A DNA stretch of 64,000 nucleotides from Cyanophora paradoxa CCMP329 (taxonomy: Eukaryota; Plantae; Glaucophyta): assembly GCA_004431415.1 (NCBI GenBank), contig QPMI01000712.1, positions 1 through 64,000 of the forward strand, in the 5' to 3' direction. The first letter of the stretch is position 1. Each line of letters begins with the position of its first letter. Shown piece after piece: positions 60,901-64,000 of the stretch. Under the pieces are notes generated by a model. The model saw only the letters and a program-made list of their open reading frames with translations, did no database searches and was not told where the DNA came from. Position numbers and translations under genes: made by a program.

Positions 60901-63351
60901 GACTCCGTCTCGAGCTTGTACGCGCGACGCATGGCCTCGAGAGTCAGCTGGAGGATATGGGAGCGCCACGCAGTTTTGCACGCCAGGAGCGCCGCCTCTT
61001 CAGGGTGCACCATTATGTAACGGTCAGAGTTGTAATAGAGCTCGACAGCTGCTCGGGCTGCTTCGGGTGAAGACGGGGCGTGCAGTCGCGATTCGAGACG
61101 GATCGGTTTGCCCTTCTTGGCGAGTTGACGCTTGTGCATGAACGTAGTGATTGACATCGCGACAACGGTGGTGTCATGTAGCTCGGCGAGCCTTGCCAGC
61201 GCAGTCGTCTCCGTGACAGACGTGGCGACGACGTTCGTGAAATTTGAGGGAGGACGCCGGAGCGGTGACGGGACAGTCCGTGCCGAAGACGTGGTGTAGG
61301 TCGGACTCGCTGACGGGGCGTGCGCAGACGATGGACATCGCGTGCCGCGACCACTGCTAACTGGCTGTTCAGCCGGATCTCCTCCGCGAGCTCGGCGGTC
61401 GCCCGCTGGTTCGTAGCCGGGTTCGCGTCGGATTTCGGGTTGAAACGGGACGTGTAGTAACGGCGCAGGAAGTTGCCGGGGCCCTCGACGTCGGCTGTGA
61501 TGTTGACGAGGCGGAGTACGTTCTCGACTTGCTCGGTGAGCATTGACAGCAACGGCGCGTGACTCGTCGGCCATGGACGGTCGGAGCTCGGTGCTGGGTC
61601 ACGAACGTCGTAGAGGTGAGCAAATCGGCTATCCCCGTAGCGGTCGCGCGTCTCGTCCCACTTGTAATGGTCGAAGTATGCAGCGATGTCCCACGCCCGC
61701 GCCAGGGCCGTCGAACGCATCGACAAGGCGATGTCGGGCGGCGGTGAACCGTGTCGAAGCGTAGACAGATAGATGTCGTCAGGTCCTGTGAGCGGGGCCG
61801 TGAACTTGACAGTTTGGACCAGTTGCCTGATTGTTGCAAGGCGCGTCGCCGTGTTCGTGATCTTGTCGAAGTTCAAGACCGTTCATCGCTCTCCGTCATC
61901 TCCACGTCGTAGTGCAGCGTCCGGAGATTGCGGGCAAGGTTGACAGCCCTGAAGGATGCACGGTACGACTGGAGTCTTGGACTGGTGTACAAGAGTGAAC
62001 TCTGTCGGTGTCAAACCAAACAGCTCCAGCATCTCTGGCCGTCCGAGGACATCGGCGAGCGGGTCGTTCGGGTGAGGCCACGTGGTCGCCGTCTCCCCAG
62101 GCGCGAAGGGCTGAGCCCGCGCGAGGCGCATGATGACGTGGATGACGGAGCGGAATTCGGTCAGATGTTGAAGGAGGTAGTGAGCCTGGTCACTCGGGCG
62201 AGTACCAGCAACGGTTGCCCAGTAGGCGTGTTGCTGCGGGCAGCTGCGAGGTGCATGCAGCTCGTGAGCTCGCTGGCGGCGAAGAGGGTCGGCGTCTCAG
62301 GGGTCTTGCGCCAATCCGTCGTCGTCGTTGTGACCATGAAGCGTCGCGGCGTGTCCAGGTACGCACGCAGCTGGTTGTGCACCACGGGCTTGAGGCGAAG
62401 GATCGTCCAGGCGTGGCGGTGTCCAAGGTCGGCGGCCACGTCCTTGATCTCGGGCTCCGAGTCGCTGGACGTGTCTTCGTCGGTGTCAGGAGGACTGTCA
62501 CGGTCGTCGTGAGGGCTCGGCAAGGTCGGCGTGTCGACGATGATCCCCCTCGAAACGCGCGGGTCGCCCATGGGCACGTCCTCGGTCCTCTCAGTGCCCG
62601 ACGAGTCGGCAGTCGTCGAGTCAGGCATCGACGCGTCGGTCGTGCAGTGTAGTCGGGTGAAGTGACGGGATCGGCAGCATCGGGGGTTGGGCCGGGCTCT
62701 GCGGCGGGGCCGCCGTCACAGTCGTGGCCGGGGCTGGCGGGGCGTCGGACGGGGCCAGTAGCTCAGGCGCAGGCGACGGGGCCGTCGAGACCGCAGCCAC
62801 GGCCGTGGGGGACGGGACGCTGTGCGGGGTCGTCAGCGAGGTCGCCATCGCCGGTGCGATGGGCGAAGCATCTCGAGCGGCCGTCGACGAGACCGGCGTC
62901 TCGAGAGCGGGCGTCGGGGCCACCGGAGTCGTCGTCACGGGTGCAACGGGCTGGGCGTCCGGAGTCGTCGTCGCGGGTGCAACGGGCTGGGCGTCCGGAG
63001 TGTCCGTCGACGAGGCCGTCACCTCGGGCGCAGGGGGTAGGTCGTTCCGCGGGGCCGGGGGCTCCGGGACGTCGGTCGGCGGTGTCACCGGTGCCGTTGG
63101 GCACGTCATGTCGTCATCGTGGTAGTGAGGGTTGCCCGGGGTCTGGGGCCGGCTGGTATGAATCGGGAGCGCGCGGCCGCGGCCCCTGACCGTTCCCCCG
63201 TGCCTCGCCGATTGGCGCGGTGGAGCCTGTGCTGCCGCAGTACGGCGACGGGCGTCCATGGTGCGGCCACGAGCAATACCACCGATTGCAGCCTGCAAGT
63301 AGGGGGCTTGCGCCGCGGCCTGCACCGGGTCCTCTCCCTTGGCAGCTTCGG
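57942..63351 (-). CDS. Proximal part of the giant unknown ORF of the Gypsy-like element; frameshifted
   Basis: Continuous chain of intronless minus-strand ORFs (~1,800 codons), open right up to both YR-element junctions; no recognisable domain. Confidence 0.65.
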
Positions 63352-64000
63352 CTCAGAATTTGATTCGGTCGCGCCCTGAGGCGAACGAAGGCCGGGGTAC
63401 GGCCATTCCTTCGGCTGCCCTTCGGCATAACTTCGTCCTTGGTTGCCAGCTTGACCAGGCACCCAGCGGCGAAGCGAAATCGCTCCCGCCCTCCTCCCCG
63501 CGTTTTCACAATCGGCTGTTTGTGGATGCGACGGCTCTATCCTTTTCCAACGCGCTACGAGTATCCGTAGAATACTCTGGCAATCTTGGTAGGGGTACAG
63601 CACTCGTGCGATGTTTTCACGCACAATCGCCACCCCGCGCCTCGGCGGCGGTACCCGGGACCGCTTACCGCCCGGGTAGAATCGCGTACCCGCGCCGGGT
63701 ACAGCATTCGCCCCGCCAGGCCCCGTCAGGCGTGGCTCGAGCTGAACGCGTACCCTGCTCAGGGGTACGCCAAAACCTCCGCCTCGGCCACGAGAATCCG
63801 GTACCCGCCGCACGGGTACGGATTACTCAGCCTTACCGCCGCTCCGGTCCGGAGCAGGGGTAAGCTTCACCCGCCTCCGGAAGGAAGCGCCGAAAGAGCA
63901 TAAGCGACCCGCCCTGGTCGGTCGCCGACGTGTTATCCCCACGTTAGGTCTCGGGAAAGCAGCATCCAGCTGCCGTACCTTCAGGGCCACTCCCGATGCG
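63352..64000 (+). mobile_element. 5'-truncated right end of a second YR element (partial A2, spacer, B2); runs off the window
   Basis: 63352-63483 matches the 3' part of A; 63484-63585 matches the spacer 57341-57442; 63586 onward matches B. Confidence 0.9.

Larger units (their letters stand above)
22267..63351 (-). mobile_element. Very large Ty3/Gypsy-like LTR retrotransposon; own sequence 22267-30829 plus 57942-63351, 5' end outside the window
   Basis: PR-RT-RH-INT order; removing 30830-57941 joins the two flanks in frame (KAEESRAY|IWDPRLDGKIK); similar composition and no introns on both sides. Confidence 0.8.

Noticed and set aside
57209-64000. Reading 57209-57941 and 63352-64000 as LTRs of an element enclosing 57942-63351
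   Set aside because: These sequences are the A/B split repeats of the YR element, lack TG...CA ends, and cut the enclosed ORF mid-frame at both sides.
1-64000. rRNA or tRNA genes
   Set aside because: None recognised.

Overview
This is eukaryotic nuclear DNA from a very GC-rich protist or alga with many short introns; the host cannot be identified from the sequence alone. The first ~22 kb holds intron-rich host genes: a heliorhodopsin, a membrane-anchored LpqC/PHB-depolymerase-like esterase, a long coiled-coil protein and a secreted KP-43/TagC-like subtilisin, plus two MITEs. The remaining ~42 kb is a three-level nest of mobile elements whose junctions can be rebuilt at base level. (1) A very large minus-strand Ty3/Gypsy-like element carries PR-RT-RH-INT preceded by >2,000 codons with no recognisable domain. 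(2) It is interrupted by a plus-strand tyrosine-recombinase retrotransposon with split direct repeats (A1-ORFs-B1-A2-B2, Ngaro/PAT type), whose 5' 4.5 kb is present twice. (3) The recombinase gene of that element is split, between the catalytic Trp and Tyr, by an 11.3-kb endogenous Polinton-like DNA virus with ~280-bp TIRs, a 6-bp GCTGGG target duplication, pPolB, rve integrase, HNH-AP2, packaging ATPase and major and minor capsid genes, but no visible protease. A second, truncated YR-element end interrupts the same Gypsy ORF at the right edge. Most mobile-element ORFs carry single-base frameshifts that may be long-read consensus errors. All protein calls come from motif recognition by eye, not database searches.
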